Source: Eledone cirrhosa (lineage: Eukaryota). From it: DNA of 64,000 bases. Made by a program: the position numbers and the translations under genes. The notes beneath the pieces were generated by a model. That model worked only from the letters and a program-made list of their open reading frames with translations, ran no database searches and had not been told where the DNA came from. How positions within the stretch are numbered: the first letter of the stretch is position 1; the number at the start of each line of letters is the position of its first letter. The stretch is taken from assembly GCA_964016885.1 (NCBI GenBank), contig OZ024745.1, forward strand, positions 73,222,001 through 73,286,000, written 5' to 3'. This document shows positions 18,227 through 31,029 of the stretch, piece by piece.

Positions 18227-18851
18227 AGACCCAGAAAAACCTGGGACGAGCTGATAAATTCCGACCTCACACACTTACACCTCTCCAAGACAATGTCACT
18301 GGACCGAGACCTTTGGCGGTACTCAGTAATAGAGAAGACCCGCCTTACCTAAATACAAAGTAAAACCTACTACAGTCAGTAGGCATCTCTAACAAAATAC
18401 ACCCCGTCCCACCACCCCCACCCCATCCACACTGCCCCTTTCAATGTAAAGTTATGTTGGTGCCACAAAATCCAGGCCGAAACAAATGAGATCGTGTAGG
18501 TGTCACGACAAAAAAACACACAGTCCACGCTGTAATGTGACCGTGTAGGCAACACGGTAAAAACCTCTCAGTCCCACACTGTAAATGTGGTTGGTGTTAG
18601 GAAGGGCATCCAGCTGTAGAAAACCCGCCAGACAGTCCACGCTGTAATGTGGCCATGTAGGCAACACGGTAAAAACCTCCCAGCCCCACACTGTAAATGT
18701 GGTTGGTGTTAGGAAGGGCATCCAACTGTAGAAAACCCGCCAGACAGTCCTATGCGAGCAAGACAACCACTCTTGCCTCAAGTGGGAAAACTCCCGTCCA
18801 AACCCATGCAAGTGTGGAACATGGACGTTAAACGATGATGATGATGATGAT
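18227..18851 (+). mobile_element. RTE-clade LINE family C, 3' fragment with an internal 112-bp tandem duplication
   Basis: [10 protein letters not shown]; duplicated 3'UTR block 18521-18632/18633-18744; (GAT)n tail. Confidence 0.9.
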
Positions 18852-18877
18852 ATATACATATATATATATATACATAA

Positions 18878-18924
<47 letters not shown>

Positions 18925-19101
18925 CATAAACATATATACATATATATACATAAGGATTAGAATACTGGAGCGTGTTTGAGTCAAACACCCTCTTCGTATT
19001 ATAGAAATGTCAGTAAAAGGTATAGCTCAATGCAGTTAAACAGAGCCGAAAAATTAAGAGAGTAAAACAAAAATCCTTTAAAACATCAAAAGTTTTTATT
19101 A

Positions 19102-19139
19102 GCCGACAATGTTTCGTCCTATTAAGGACCCATCAGGGC
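19102..19139 (-). ncRNA. Hammerhead ribozyme with core substitution CTGATGG
   Basis: GCC-CTGATGG-GTCCT taat AGGAC-GAAA-CATTG-TC-GGC. Confidence 0.7.
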
Positions 19140-19468
19140 AATCAAAACAACAAGAGGTAATTTCGGCAGATACAAGCCAGAAACTCTGAAGAATATGGAG
19201 TTTACATACACTAATGTTTTACAAAGATATACTATAATAAAAATGAAGATAAAAATAATAAAATTATAATAACTAAGGATGTAGATAACATTAAGAACCA
19301 TATTACAAATATAGTCCAAAGTCACCAACTTAAATCTAAACAAATTTGGTTATATAGAGCAGGAATTATATATAACACAGTATAATACATTATAATAATA
19401 ATATATCTATACCAACACTGAAATTCCAAATCAAAAATCAAAAGGTACAATATATACATGTATATATG

Positions 19469-19505
<37 letters not shown>

Positions 19506-20491
19506 TACAATACACATATCTATTTTCTATTACACAGAAATTAAGCCCTATTGGAAGTTTGAACATCAAAAATATCAAAAATAAGCATGGTAATAGTGAA
19601 AATAATGCTAACACATCCACCCAATATACATGAGGCAATAATTACAAGAAACACTTATAATAAATAATAAACAACAAAATTATATAATACAATACAATAT
19701 AATAAAGTAGAATATATATAATAATATATATAATCTCCGGTTAATTTACAGAAACAATATAGATGTCACAGTGAAATACAATGATAAATTGTTAACATTA
19801 TATTAACAATTACCATAAGCAATATGTACAACATGATTCATACTGGGTTACATAATAAATGGGGAAATATCCATCATATAATATAATACAATAATACTAA
19901 AAAAAACTATATTGGTACAGGGAACAATTATGATGTTACAGAAAAAATATGTTGTTACAGAAAAAATATAGACATCTAACATGATATGTAAAGTCTAAAT
20001 ACCATAATGTTACATATTACAATATTAAAATATTAAAATAATATAAAGTTTAACTATCTTAATGTTATATATAATAAACGGTAAGTAATAAGGATCTATA
20101 TCATAATGTAATATATTTTAAAAATTGGCATATAATATATAAATAAATACTTATAAAATTTCAAAGTTAGTAGACAGACATGTGTTGATGAGTGAACGAA
20201 GCCAGAATTTCAGTGTTGGTATAGATATATTATTATTATAATGTATTATACTGTGTTATATATAATTCCTGCTCTATATAACCAAATTTGTTTAGATTTA
20301 AGTTGGTGACTTTGGACTATATTTGTAATATGGTTCTTAATGTTATCTACATCCTTAGTTATTATAATTTTATTATTTTTATCTTCATTTTTATTATAGT
20401 ATATCTTTGTAAAACATTAGTGTATGTAAACTCCATATTCTTCAGAGTTTCTGGCTTGTATCTGCCGAAATTACCTCTTGTTGTTTTGATT

Positions 20492-20529
20492 GCCCTGATG
20501 AGTCCTTAATAGGACAAAACATTGTCGGC
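20492..20529 (+). ncRNA. Hammerhead ribozyme with GAAA changed to AAAA
   Basis: GCC-CTGATGA-GTCCT taat AGGAC-AAAA-CATTG-TC-GGC. Confidence 0.7.
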
Positions 20530-20602
20530 TAATAAAAACTTTTGATGTTTTAAAGGATTCTTTGTTTTACTCTCTTAATAAATATACATATATATATATA
20601 CA

Positions 20603-20652
<50 letters not shown>

Positions 20653-20689
20653 CATATATATACACATATATATATATATATACATATAT

Positions 20690-20727
<38 letters not shown>

Positions 20728-20729
<2 letters not shown>

Positions 20730-23700
20730 CGGAGGAAATGTGGTAAGGAACCAGGTGGACCATAACGCACCAAAGTACTCAATACTTAGTGTAGTAGAGT
20801 GGGTAATAGGAACGAGTAGGACCCCGATGGCTGAGCTCAAGCCGTTTCGACGGCTAATTCTGGACTAAATGAACATTTTTATCCTGGTATTTGAATAGAC
20901 GAGCTTCTTAAGGGGTAATTCCATATATGGTAAAAGTGATTGTCACAAGGATTGGTCAAAAGTTTGTTGTTTAGACATAATAATTCTATCATGGCAATTT
21001 GTGGGTGAAAGGGGTAGCTGAACCTGCCAGTAGGAGAAAAAGGGAGAAGGGGTGGAGGAGACCCAGTCATGCGTTGATAGTGCTGACTACAGCTGGGCAT
21101 GAGGTCAAAGAAGATACTAGGGAGGGGAAGTCGAGACAATAAGTAAAACAATATGGGGTAAATATATAGAAAAATACCGAGTGTTAAAAAGCAATTATAT
21201 GTAAAAAAAAAAAAACAATTTCTGTTTACTACGACCTAAGTCTCTCACTGGTACTGCTAGGCTAAAGAAAGGTTTACTAGGTGGGACGGAATTATAATGA
21301 GACCCTTTTAAGAGGTATAAGCAATAAACCGAGTATATCTTACGGTGACGGGTCAACAAGTGAGGGGCCAAAATACTAAAGAAACTACCACGAAATAATA
21401 AATAAAGGTTTCTACCCCATGCACAAGGCCAGCAACCACCCAGTGCAAAAAAATAAACTTATACGAAATAATAATTCAGAATCCTGAAAAAGAATACTAA
21501 TACTATCTCTAAGGGTGCCGCCACGATACAAAAATTCTAGTGCAAACTACATAAATGCTCGTACGAAGTATATGTAAAATTTGATACGGAAAATTAATTC
21601 AGAACCCCCCCCCCCCCCCCCATAAACAAATACTGATATACGAGAAATTAAAGCAAAGATACCACTAAGAAATATAGAAAGCACGGAAAAGGGCCAGCGA
21701 TCGGATAAGAAGGCAAGTATCCGGGGTCTAACATATCTGCTATAAAAAGCGGAGTCGGCCAAATCTATCATAGAATAGGGGAAGAAGGTGGGGTACCGAG
21801 GCTACAAAGGACCGAAGGGCTGCCTCGGGTGGGCGAGAAAATGAAAAGGACGACGACAAAGAAAGAGGACTGGGGTGGAAGGACTAGGGAGGGATGGGGG
21901 GAAGAAGGAAATATAGAGGAAGCGATAAAAAGATATAAAAGAAGATCTTATGTCTACCTTTGCAAGCAGGGGTTACCCATTACAAAATCGGCAAGTGGGG
22001 TGTTATAGCCCTAGTCTACCCCCCGGGTCATTATGGGGTTTGAGGGCGAGATAAGTCCTATGCAATCTGTGTTTACATGCAGTAACCAGTTCATCTTTCT
22101 TGTTTAGGAATTGGTCCGTCGAAAACAGCATTTGTAAAGTTTCCTCCGAGCATAAATTGCACGGACGGTGTCCTCCCATGTAAGAGTTGGCTCTGGACAG
22201 TAAGCTCAAAGTGAGATCATAGGTAATGTTGTTATCCTTGAGGTCCCATATGTGGCCCGAAAGTGTAGTGGCATGACGCCGAGCTGGGTTTCAGAAGGTA
22301 TGTCTGTGTTGGTATAGCTGGGTCTTGAAGTCACATGCGGTTAATCCTATATAAGCTTTGTTGGAGGTGTCCGTCCTCACCTTGCACTGGTAGATCACAT
22401 TACGATCTCTGCATCTGTTGTCGAGGGGGCAAAGGGATCCATCAGGACAGATGCACCTCCTGGTCGGCTCTCCACTGCTATTTAGGTTATTTCTTCCATA
22501 GGGGTTGAGTTTTTTGTTGTTAGAGGAGACAATGTTTTGTGCAAAGTTTGGTGTGGTGCTGTAAGAGAGTTTGATGGTATTTTTGTTAATTATGTTGTGG
22601 TAGCGGTGTTGTAGTGGGAAGTGTTTTTCAATGAGCCTAAAGAAGATTTTCTCGATTGTCACCTCAGGATTGAACCATGTTACATTGCGTGAGCGGCGGT
22701 GTCGCCTGCTGGTTCCGCTAAGGGAAGCTGGACAGTAGGATATTTCCTCCCGGAAACCACTCCGCTTGAGGGCCTGGTTGTAATAAGGCGCATGTTCCTT
22801 GAATATCTGCTCATTAGCTGACAAACGGGATATGCGGAGGGAAATGTTTTTAACCAGGTTATTGGTGATGTTCCTAGGATGGTTTGACCGGCGGTGGATG
22901 TAGTGCAGGTTGTCGTTAGGTTTCCTGTATGGGTAGTACAGATCATTATCGAGGTCAAGGGTAACGTCCAGGAAGTTTACTCGGGTCAGGGACGTTTGTA
23001 GGGTTATTTTAAATCCCCAGTCGCGGAAGAAGCTGATTAATTGTTTATGGACCCGATCTGTACTACTGGGGTTGTACCCTTTAAGGGTAAGGAGCCCATC
23101 ATCACGGTACAATCCACCGCCGAATGCAGGAAACATATCGGTGAGTTTGGCTATTAGGAATAATCCTATAAGATCTGTGACCTCAGCCGAATCCGTCGCA
23201 CCCATGCTGACGTCGAAGGGTGAGTCGGGAGCTCTCTTTATTCATTTGGAGTTGTCGAAGAGTAAGAATGTCTTCCTGGTGTGGAGGATGATGTTTCTTT
23301 CCTGGTCGGTGATGGGCACAAGTGCTTCGTCAAAGTCGAAGGCAGCCATAAGTAGCGGTAAGGTGATTGAATTAATTTTCCGTATCAAATTTTACATATA
23401 CTTCGTACGAGCATTTATGTAGTTTGCACTAGAATTTTTGTATCGTGGCGGCACCCTTAGAGATAGTATTAGTATTCTTTTTCGGGATTCTGAATTATTA
23501 TTTCGTATTAGTTTATTTTTTTGCACTGGGTGGTTGCTGGCCTTGTGCATGGGGTCGAAACCTTTATTTATTATTTCGTGGTAGTTTCTTTAGTATTTTG
23601 GCCCCTCACTTGTTGACCCGTCACCGTAAGATATACTCGGTTTATTACTTATACCTCTTAAAAGGGTCTCATTATAATTCCATCCCACCTAGTAAACCTT

Positions 23701-24164
23701 TCTTTAGCCTAGCAGTACCAGTGAGAGACTTAGGTTGTAGTAACCAGAAATTGTTTATTTTTTTTACATTTAATTGCTTTTTAACACTCTCGGTATTTTT
23801 CTATATATTTACCCCATATCATTTTACTTATTGTCTCGACTTCCCCTCCCTAGTATCTTCTTTAACCTCATGCCCAGCTGTAGTTGGCACTATCAACGCA
23901 TGACTGGGTCTCCTCAACCCTCTCTCCCTCTTTCTCCTACTGGCAGGTTCAGCTACCCCTTCCCCCCACAAATTGCCATGATAGAATTATTATGTCTCAA
24001 CAACAAACTTTTGACCAATCCTTGTGACAATCACTTTTACCATATATGGAATTACCCCTTAAGAAGCTCGTCTATTCAAATACCAGGATAAAAATGTTCA
24101 TTTAGTCCAGAATTAGCCGTCGAAACGGCTTGAGCTCAGCCGTCGGGGTCCTACTCGTTCCTAT
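20728..24164 (-). mobile_element. Penelope-like element (Naiad-like), 5'-truncated, with inverted pLTR
   Basis: About 795-bp inverted repeats 20806-21601 and 23368-24164 around an RT plus GIY-YIG ORF; tail 20728-20805. Confidence 0.9.
22003..23367 (-). pseudogene. PLE reverse transcriptase (C-terminal half) plus GIY-YIG endonuclease, one in-frame TGA
   Basis: FDVSMGATDSAEVTDLIG, LYRDDGL, NFLDVTL, VTWFNP, CPLDNRC..VIYQC..YIGLT, and after the TGA at 22291 LSGHIW..CNLCSEE..LNKKDELVTACKH. Confidence 0.9.
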
Positions 24165-24296
24165 ATATATATATACATATATACATATATATATATGCAT
24201 ATATATATACACATATATATATACCCCACTCTCAAGAGCGTGAAACTAATAAACCTTTGTTCGTACTGCCTCTCTGTTCTGTTCCCATTCAATTTT

Positions 24297-24343
<47 letters not shown>

Positions 24344-24352
24344 GTATATATA

Positions 24353-24391
24353 TTATTTGATAATGCATAAAAATGCTGAAACCGGTAATAG
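24353..24391 (+). ncRNA. Variant-core minimal hammerhead-like motif heading an orphan PLE 3' fragment
   Basis: TTAT-TTGATAA-T GCAT aaaa ATGC T-GAAA-CCGG-TA-ATAG. Confidence 0.55.
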
Positions 24392-25023
24392 ACAATTATT
24401 AAATATACAAATAGATAAATAAATGCCATTGTTAATTAATAAATAAATCAACTAATACCTTAACACTTCACAGAAAGTAAAATATGTTGTTTTAATCATT
24501 TTCTAACCCAGAAAAAATAGAAAGAAATAAAAAGGGAAAAAAAATATTTTTCTTCCTAATAATTGTCTTTTTCTCCCTGTTTTCATATATACATATATAT
24601 ACATATATATATATATATCCTAACTCGTGTGCTCCTTCTCCACATTTTATTATTATTATATACATATATGTATACATATATATATATACATATATATATA
24701 TGCATGAAAATAAAACAGAAAACAACACAGCAAATGATACAGCACAATGAAGATATATATTAGTTTAATGCTTGATATAGTAGGAAACGAGTCTTTATAT
24801 GATAGAACAAGAAATAAAATAGAAAGGTAGAGGAGAGTGAGAAGTGGAAGAAACAGAAAAAACATTTTTTTTAGAAAATATATGTTTAACATCTATTTTC
24901 CATGCTTGCATAGGTTAGATAGTGATATACATACTTACAGATAGAGAAATAGTGACTTTTATTTCTGTTTCGATTGCCTTATTTTTGTGATTATAGTCTT
25001 TATACAATGATATTTTTTTCCAG

Positions 25024-25058
25024 GCGAATGATTTTAAAGTTGAGACAAATATGACATG
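25024..25058 (+). other. Candidate host micro-exon (ANDFKVETNMT)
   Basis: TTTTTTTCCAG acceptor and GTATGT donor; only one open frame; no homology recognised. Confidence 0.3.
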
Positions 25059-26276
25059 GTATGTTTTCAGAATCAAACAAGGTTGTGATTATCATATAAA
25101 AGTAAGTTATTCATTTCAAGTTTGTTTCAATAATCATTACACAATTTAATTTTGAAATAACATTTCCTGAAGACATATCAATAGAATTTAGGTCCTACTT
25201 AGAGTCAAACCTAAATGTCTTAGATATTTCAGCAAGTGTGTTTACAGGATAGAAAATTCTTATGAGGAATATTGTTTTGACTGCTGGGTGAAGTGCAGAG
25301 TTAATATACTTAATATTGTCTGGTTGATGGCCACATATTTAAGTGTATTTTCATGAACTTATTAATCTTTATGAAATAAAAAATTAAAAAGATCTAGCTT
25401 AGATCAATAAGCGGCTATTCATTATATAAATTATAGTCCAGACTAAAATTTACTACCACAAATCTAGAATATTAACTATACTTATCCTTAAGAATCTTGC
25501 TTGTTCAGGCTATTTTATCATCAGATTTAAGGTTTGTTCAATTTTCTTATTTGTGTATGTAAACATAATTTGTATTCCTAATTTTGAGTGAAAACTAATG
25601 TCTTTGTGAGATTATGATTAGTAACTGGGTAAACACAATTTTCTTCTGAATTGTTTTAAGCTTATAATGTTACATGCTATATAATGTATTGTATAGCTAT
25701 CTCCCAACATTTTTGCACATGAAAAACGGAGAACACATGTCTCTATTATACTGTGCATGGGAAAACTCTGAATATTGAAATTACAATACTCCAGCTAGCA
25801 ATCACATATTATAAAGTTGAAATGTAACCAAAAACAAATTTTTCAGCAAGTCTAATTCAGTTTACATTGAAAAACAGTTTATAACATTTGCTGTTTGTTG
25901 AAATGTATAATCAATGTACAATTTGATCTTAAATATCAGCATTTATGAGATATTATTTATAGAAAATATAGTTGAATGTTGTGTAATTTATATAGATCTC
26001 TTCATGTTGTACATTAATTATATTATTGTTTTTGGTAACATTTGGTAACCTTTTTGTTTAAAAGGATTCTATTCTTTGATCTATTAGTCACTGATGTTGA
26101 TTGATATTCACTTGTGTCAGCTATTATATGTTGTATGAAGAAAAGATGCAGTTACTAAGGTAGTTCTATGATGTAAATGTGTTACTTATTGGGATATTAG
26201 GGTACTTTTCTATACTGATTTCATGTAGTGTGTTAAAGGAAAATACTCTGTTGTGAACCCATTATTAGCTAACAAA

Positions 26277-26464
26277 ATGGTGGATTGGCAGTATCGGTAG
26301 AGAGTCGGACGCCATGCTTTCCAACATAGTTATGTCCCTTTACAGACTGAGTTCAATCCTGCCGAGGTTAACTTTGCCTTTCATCCTTACGTGGTTGATA
26401 AAATAAAGTACCAGTAATGTACTGGTTAATTGCTGGCCTTGTGCCAAATGTAGAAACAATTATT
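26277..26464 (+). mobile_element. tRNA-derived SINE (diverged, MetaSINE-like core)
   Basis: TGGCAGTATCGG A box, GAGTTCAATCC B box, CTTTGCCTTTCATCC..GATAAAATAAAGTACCAG core; second partial copy at 30601-30700. Confidence 0.7.
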
Positions 26465-26916
26465 AGTTAACAAAACACATATCAATAATGAAGTACTCAG
26501 TCCCTATTCATCTGGTCCATTAGTAATATTCTGATTTGACTAAGCACTTAGGTTTTTAACAATCTTTATTGCTTCAGAGTCACAGTTAGTTGAGTAAAAA
26601 TGTTGTTGGCTTGCCATCTAAAAGATTAAATCACTCATGTTTTATCATGAATGCTCTGGTGGATTCATAGTCAAGTTATTTGGCTTCTTTAGTGCATTCC
26701 ATCTAGTTGTACATAAGTTTCATAATATGTACAAATACGTATTATAGTTGATCATAAATTACAAATTATAACTTACAGATATTATAGCAGTCAGTATTTG
26801 AACAGATTTCTGTTGTGTGTTGACATTTAAATGACTGTACATTACATCAGTTAATTAATGTTAATAAGAATTTTACAAGATCAGGGAATTGCAGCCATTT
26901 AATTGCTGAGCATATA

Positions 26917-28190
26917 CTGGGTGTAACAGGTAAATTGGGACAATTGAAATATCTTTATTATAATTGGTATAACTTGGAAAATCCAAACACTGCAAATTTT
27001 ATGTTTATGCCAATTTATTATGGATTGTTTAGTACTTATTTCAGTTCAATGTAACTGCCATTTGCTTTCTTTACCAGTTCAATCCATTTAGTAAATGATG
27101 CACATGCTTTAACTATTTCTTCCTTTTTCATTTTACTGAATGCTCGCTTGATCGAAGCCTTCAGTGAAGACACACAGTTGTGAGAAGTTGCCTTGGATAT
27201 TACTTCAACTACGCCCCATAGCCAAAAATCACACTGATTCAAATCTGGTGAGCTAGAGGGCCAGATATCTTTAGGGACAAACATGGGCAATTCCTTCTTC
27301 AAAAACTCTTGCACACCTTTTGAAGAATAGGTGGGCATGGGGTCCTGTACAAACATGACTTGACATGCATCATAATGCTTTCTATTCCAAAGCAACAAAA
27401 CTTTTAAAATTTTGAGTTTCTCTGCTGGTTGATTTTAAGACCTGCTTCAATAAAATAGGGCGTCAATTTCCCATCACTTGTAACAGCTCCAAAGATCATA
27501 ATGGAAGCTGAATTCTTGCTATGCATAGCTGTAGGAACTTGAAAAGAGTTGTATGCTATCACTTGTGAGTTTTGACAATTTGCAACTTCATCTACCATGA
27601 ACTTTATTCCATCCACAAAGATGCATCTCCACCATGACATTTCTGATAATTAAGAAGTTTGGGACATCTTTCAGCTCAAATGGCTTTGGAGCGGGTAGTT
27701 AGGATGTTGCAGTGTTTCCTCATGTAATATTTCATATGAAGGTTTGTCTCACAGCCCTTAGAAAGGGTCATTTTACTGATTCCTCGATCTTGAGCCCACT
27801 TTGCCATCGATTTTGACTGGTTCAACTCAATTGATCTTTTAAGTCTTGTAAAGAGGCGAGGTGTATGTTTTGGATCATTGCAAGGACTTGAGGCTTTCTC
27901 TGAAAATCCTGACTTTTCTTCAAATTGGTTACAACTCTATAAACAGTAGATTTGGCATACTTTGTGACTCTAACAATCTCTCCAGTACTGTTGTCAGTGC
28001 AGAATAGTTCGGCAATTATACTTCTATGGTTTAATTCTTTATTAACATTCATAATTTATTCAACCTAAAATAAAAAAATAGCATCAGTGATTATCAAGCT
28101 GGTAATATTTAAAATTTAGATTTCAACAAAATCTATACAATTAGAAATATATCAAGTTGAAATTTGTCCCAATTTACCTGGTACATCCTG
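26917..28190 (-). mobile_element. Tc1/mariner DNA transposon, DD37D (maT-type), decayed
   Basis: TA on both sides; imperfect TIRs CTGGGTGTAACAGGTAAATTGGGACAA / TTGTCCCAATTTACCTGGTACATCCTG; about 1.27 kb. Confidence 0.9.
27036..28052 (-). pseudogene. Frameshifted DD37D transposase
   Basis: HTH-like AKSTVYRVV; FVQD-(37 aa)-D with WPSSSPDLNQCDFWLW; split over several ORFs. Confidence 0.88.
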
Positions 28191-28625
28191 TATGTGTTTT
28201 CTTTTTTAACCGTAGGTTATAGCTCCCAAAGTACTTCACAGTGAAATTAAACATTTTACATATTCCAAATGTATTATAGAACCAGCAATGTATAAGAATA
28301 TTTTCAAAACAAATTTTGTACCTGGATGAAAAAGACATTAAAAGTAAAATGAAATATAGGTGCTGAGTGATTAGCTGTGAAGACTAAAAAATCTCAAATT
28401 GAAGATAACACCTTGACATAATTGTTTTGTCCTTGGTATTTCAGATTTCTTAGCTTAGAGGGAATTGGATATGGCAGTCTATAGCAAATAGTAAATATAA
28501 TTTCACATTAGAAATAAGAGAAAATTAATGATACAATAAACAAAATAAAACAAAAGCAGATGATTTAAGATATCCTAAAATGAAAATTAATATTGAAAAT
28601 TACATTATTTAAAAAATCTTTTTAG

Positions 28626-28689
28626 ATTTTAGCATATTCCATGACAAAAGGGAAACCAGCCAGCTACCTTGTTCGAACAAAATCCTTTG
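28626..28689 (+). other. Candidate host exon (64 bp)
   Basis: TCTTTTTAG acceptor, consensus G/GTAAGT donor, two open frames, GC richer than its flanks. Confidence 0.35.
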
Positions 28690-30600
28690 GTAAGTCAAAT
28701 ACTTATAAACATTTTAAAATCTATTTTCCCAAGATAATGTGGAATAATTAAATATTTATACGAGAAAACGAAGCCAAAGAATCTTTTATTTAATACTCAG
28801 CTCAGAATTCCTCTTCTTTTTTCAACTGCAGCAAAGTATTCTGCCCATTACTAAGTGCTTCACCACTAAATTTATTCATTTTTCTTTATCTTCTACTATT
28901 CTCAGATTGCCAATGCTGTAAAAACTAACACTTTCAAAACTTAATTTGATTCCAACTCTATTCTTGGCAGTCTATTATGTTTTTTTAGTTTAACATATAA
29001 GTGTAACCAGCCATGTCTTTTAATAGGTCTTTTAACACAAGTATAATGGCATAGCACAGTCCACAGATATTTTGTTAGTTTGTGATGTTGATTAGAAGTT
29101 AAAGCAATTTCCTGGAATACTGATGTTTTATTTTGGAGCAATCTTATCATATCCTACCTCAGCATCATTAAGAAACACCTCAGTTAAATCTAAGTCTCTA
29201 ATAGCTATGCTATCTCCTTGACCATTTAGAAAACATGATCATACTGAGGATTTGGTTCCAATATGTCAACTTTTACAATTAAAGGATCTTTTATAATACA
29301 GAAATACCTCTTCAAGTGAGTAAAGTGAGGTTGGCATGTTTATTCCAGTGGGTGTTTTTCAAGGTAAAATTAGATGATCATGAAGTGTTCAGTTTGTGGA
29401 TGTACTTTAAATATTGCACTGGAAGCATGGCATCAATTAGAACAGAAGCATGGCACCAATTAGAAAGATTCCACATGGGGAAAGGTATTTTTTATATTCT
29501 AAAACTGTCACAACTTTCTAGATCACAGCAACTCATAATGACCCTTTTTTGTAGGGTGATATGGAGATTTAGAGGTTTGTTGAGACACTGCTATCATATA
29601 AGACATGATGTTGGTTTCTCAACTTTAGTGGACATATCCAGATAAACTGAAAATAGAAAATAAGGTGGTTATCCCTCACTGCTTTGGCTGGAATCCACTA
29701 GACGGCGCTGGCCATCAGCATTTCAATACTCATAGCTGGGCTTTCAAAATGTATATTTATTAAACATACCGTATATCTTTAGATATATGAAATTCACATG
29801 CATATATATATATATGTATAGCTATTTTGAAGCTAAATTTTAATTTTACTTTTAAGTTGAGCCAACTTTACAGCTTCATATGCAAATGAGGCTAATCGGC
29901 CCACCTACACAGGTGAAAATACTATATATTCTTGCCTGTTCTCAAGTTCCAGCAGAAAACAGCAGGGAGGCACTGTCCCAATAAGAGCCATCAGCTTTAA
30001 ATACGTATAGGCAGTTATCCCTCGCTGCTTCTGCTGGAACCTGCCTGACAGCGCTGGCCATCAGCCATTCAATATCCATAGCTGGGCTTTCAAAATGTTT
30101 ATTTAATATATATACCAGACATATGAGATTCACATACATATATGTTTACAATTATGTTGAAGCTAAATCTTAAATATATATATATATATATAATACTGTG
30201 TACGAATTGAAGTTGTAACCGCAATATAGCAGATACTTATCAAATTGTTCGAGGCAGTCACAGAGCAATAAATGAAGCAAGAAGTGAATACATTATCGTC
30301 CAGAGTAAACACAAAGTTAAGAAAGTGTGGCACCAAGAACAACAATCAAAAGCAGTGGCCATATTTATACCACAACAAGGATAAGTACAAATAGGTTAAT
30401 CTTCAACCTATTTGTAATTTGGTCACTTTTCTTGGTGTCGCACTTTAACTTTATATATATATATATACAAGAGTGTTGTTTATCTTAGTTGTTACGTAGT
30501 AACTTCCTGACGATAAGCAGGTCCTAGCAATCCAAAGCACTACACGTCAGTAGTTTATCCCAGGTAGGTGATACTGAGTGACAGAGTATTCATTTATCAA

Positions 30601-30700
30601 ATAATTGTTTCTACTTTTGGCACAAGGCCAGCAATTATCCCAGTGCATTACTGGTACTTTATTTTATTGACCCCGTAAGATTGAAAAGCAAAGTTAACCT
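30601..30700 (-). mobile_element. SINE 3' fragment, same family as 26277-26464
   Basis: Reverse complement match to TTGCTGGCCTTGTGCCAAA..GTAGAAACAATTAT and the core. Confidence 0.7.
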
Positions 30701-30814
30701 TTCATCCTTATCAAATTCATTTATCAAATAATGGTAGTTAAGATGTGATTAAATCACCATAATTGTTTATTGCATTATATATATTTCTGTTACATGGTTA
30801 TTCAGATGATTACG

Positions 30815-30940
30815 CAATCATTGGTGCAGTTATGCAATCATTGTGATACAATATGCCGGTTGTCATGCATGACCATCAAGTAGATGGACGTGCATGACCA
30901 CCGGTATATCACAATGATTGCATAACTGCACCAATGATTG
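30815..30940. repeat. 126-bp imperfect palindrome (MITE-like hairpin)
   Basis: CAATCATTGGTGCAGTTATGCAATCATTGTGATA ... TATCACAATGATTGCATAACTGCACCAATGATTG. Confidence 0.8.
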
Positions 30941-31029
30941 GTAAGGATAAAATCTATCTGGCTGGTGTAATCTATCTGGCTATAGGTAATCAAGTGATTG
31001 TCTCATTATTTGAAGTTTCTGTTACAGAT

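Larger units (their letters stand above)
18951..20579. mobile_element. ORF-less Penelope-like 3' fragment with inverted pLTR
   Basis: About 374-bp inverted arms 19053-19426 and 20205-20579, tail 18951-19052, hammerhead in each arm. Confidence 0.8.

Noticed and set aside
19122-20509. Twin 73-aa hydrophobic ORFs, and twin ORFs at 20879/23774
   Set aside because: By-products of AT-rich inverted pLTR arms with no recognisable motifs
22291-22293. In-frame TGA in the Naiad-like ORF as selenocysteine (some Naiad PLEs encode selenoproteins)
   Set aside because: The position aligns to K in the homologous HKHSFKN at 54.1 kb, so CGA>TGA decay is simpler; the conserved Cys codons are intact
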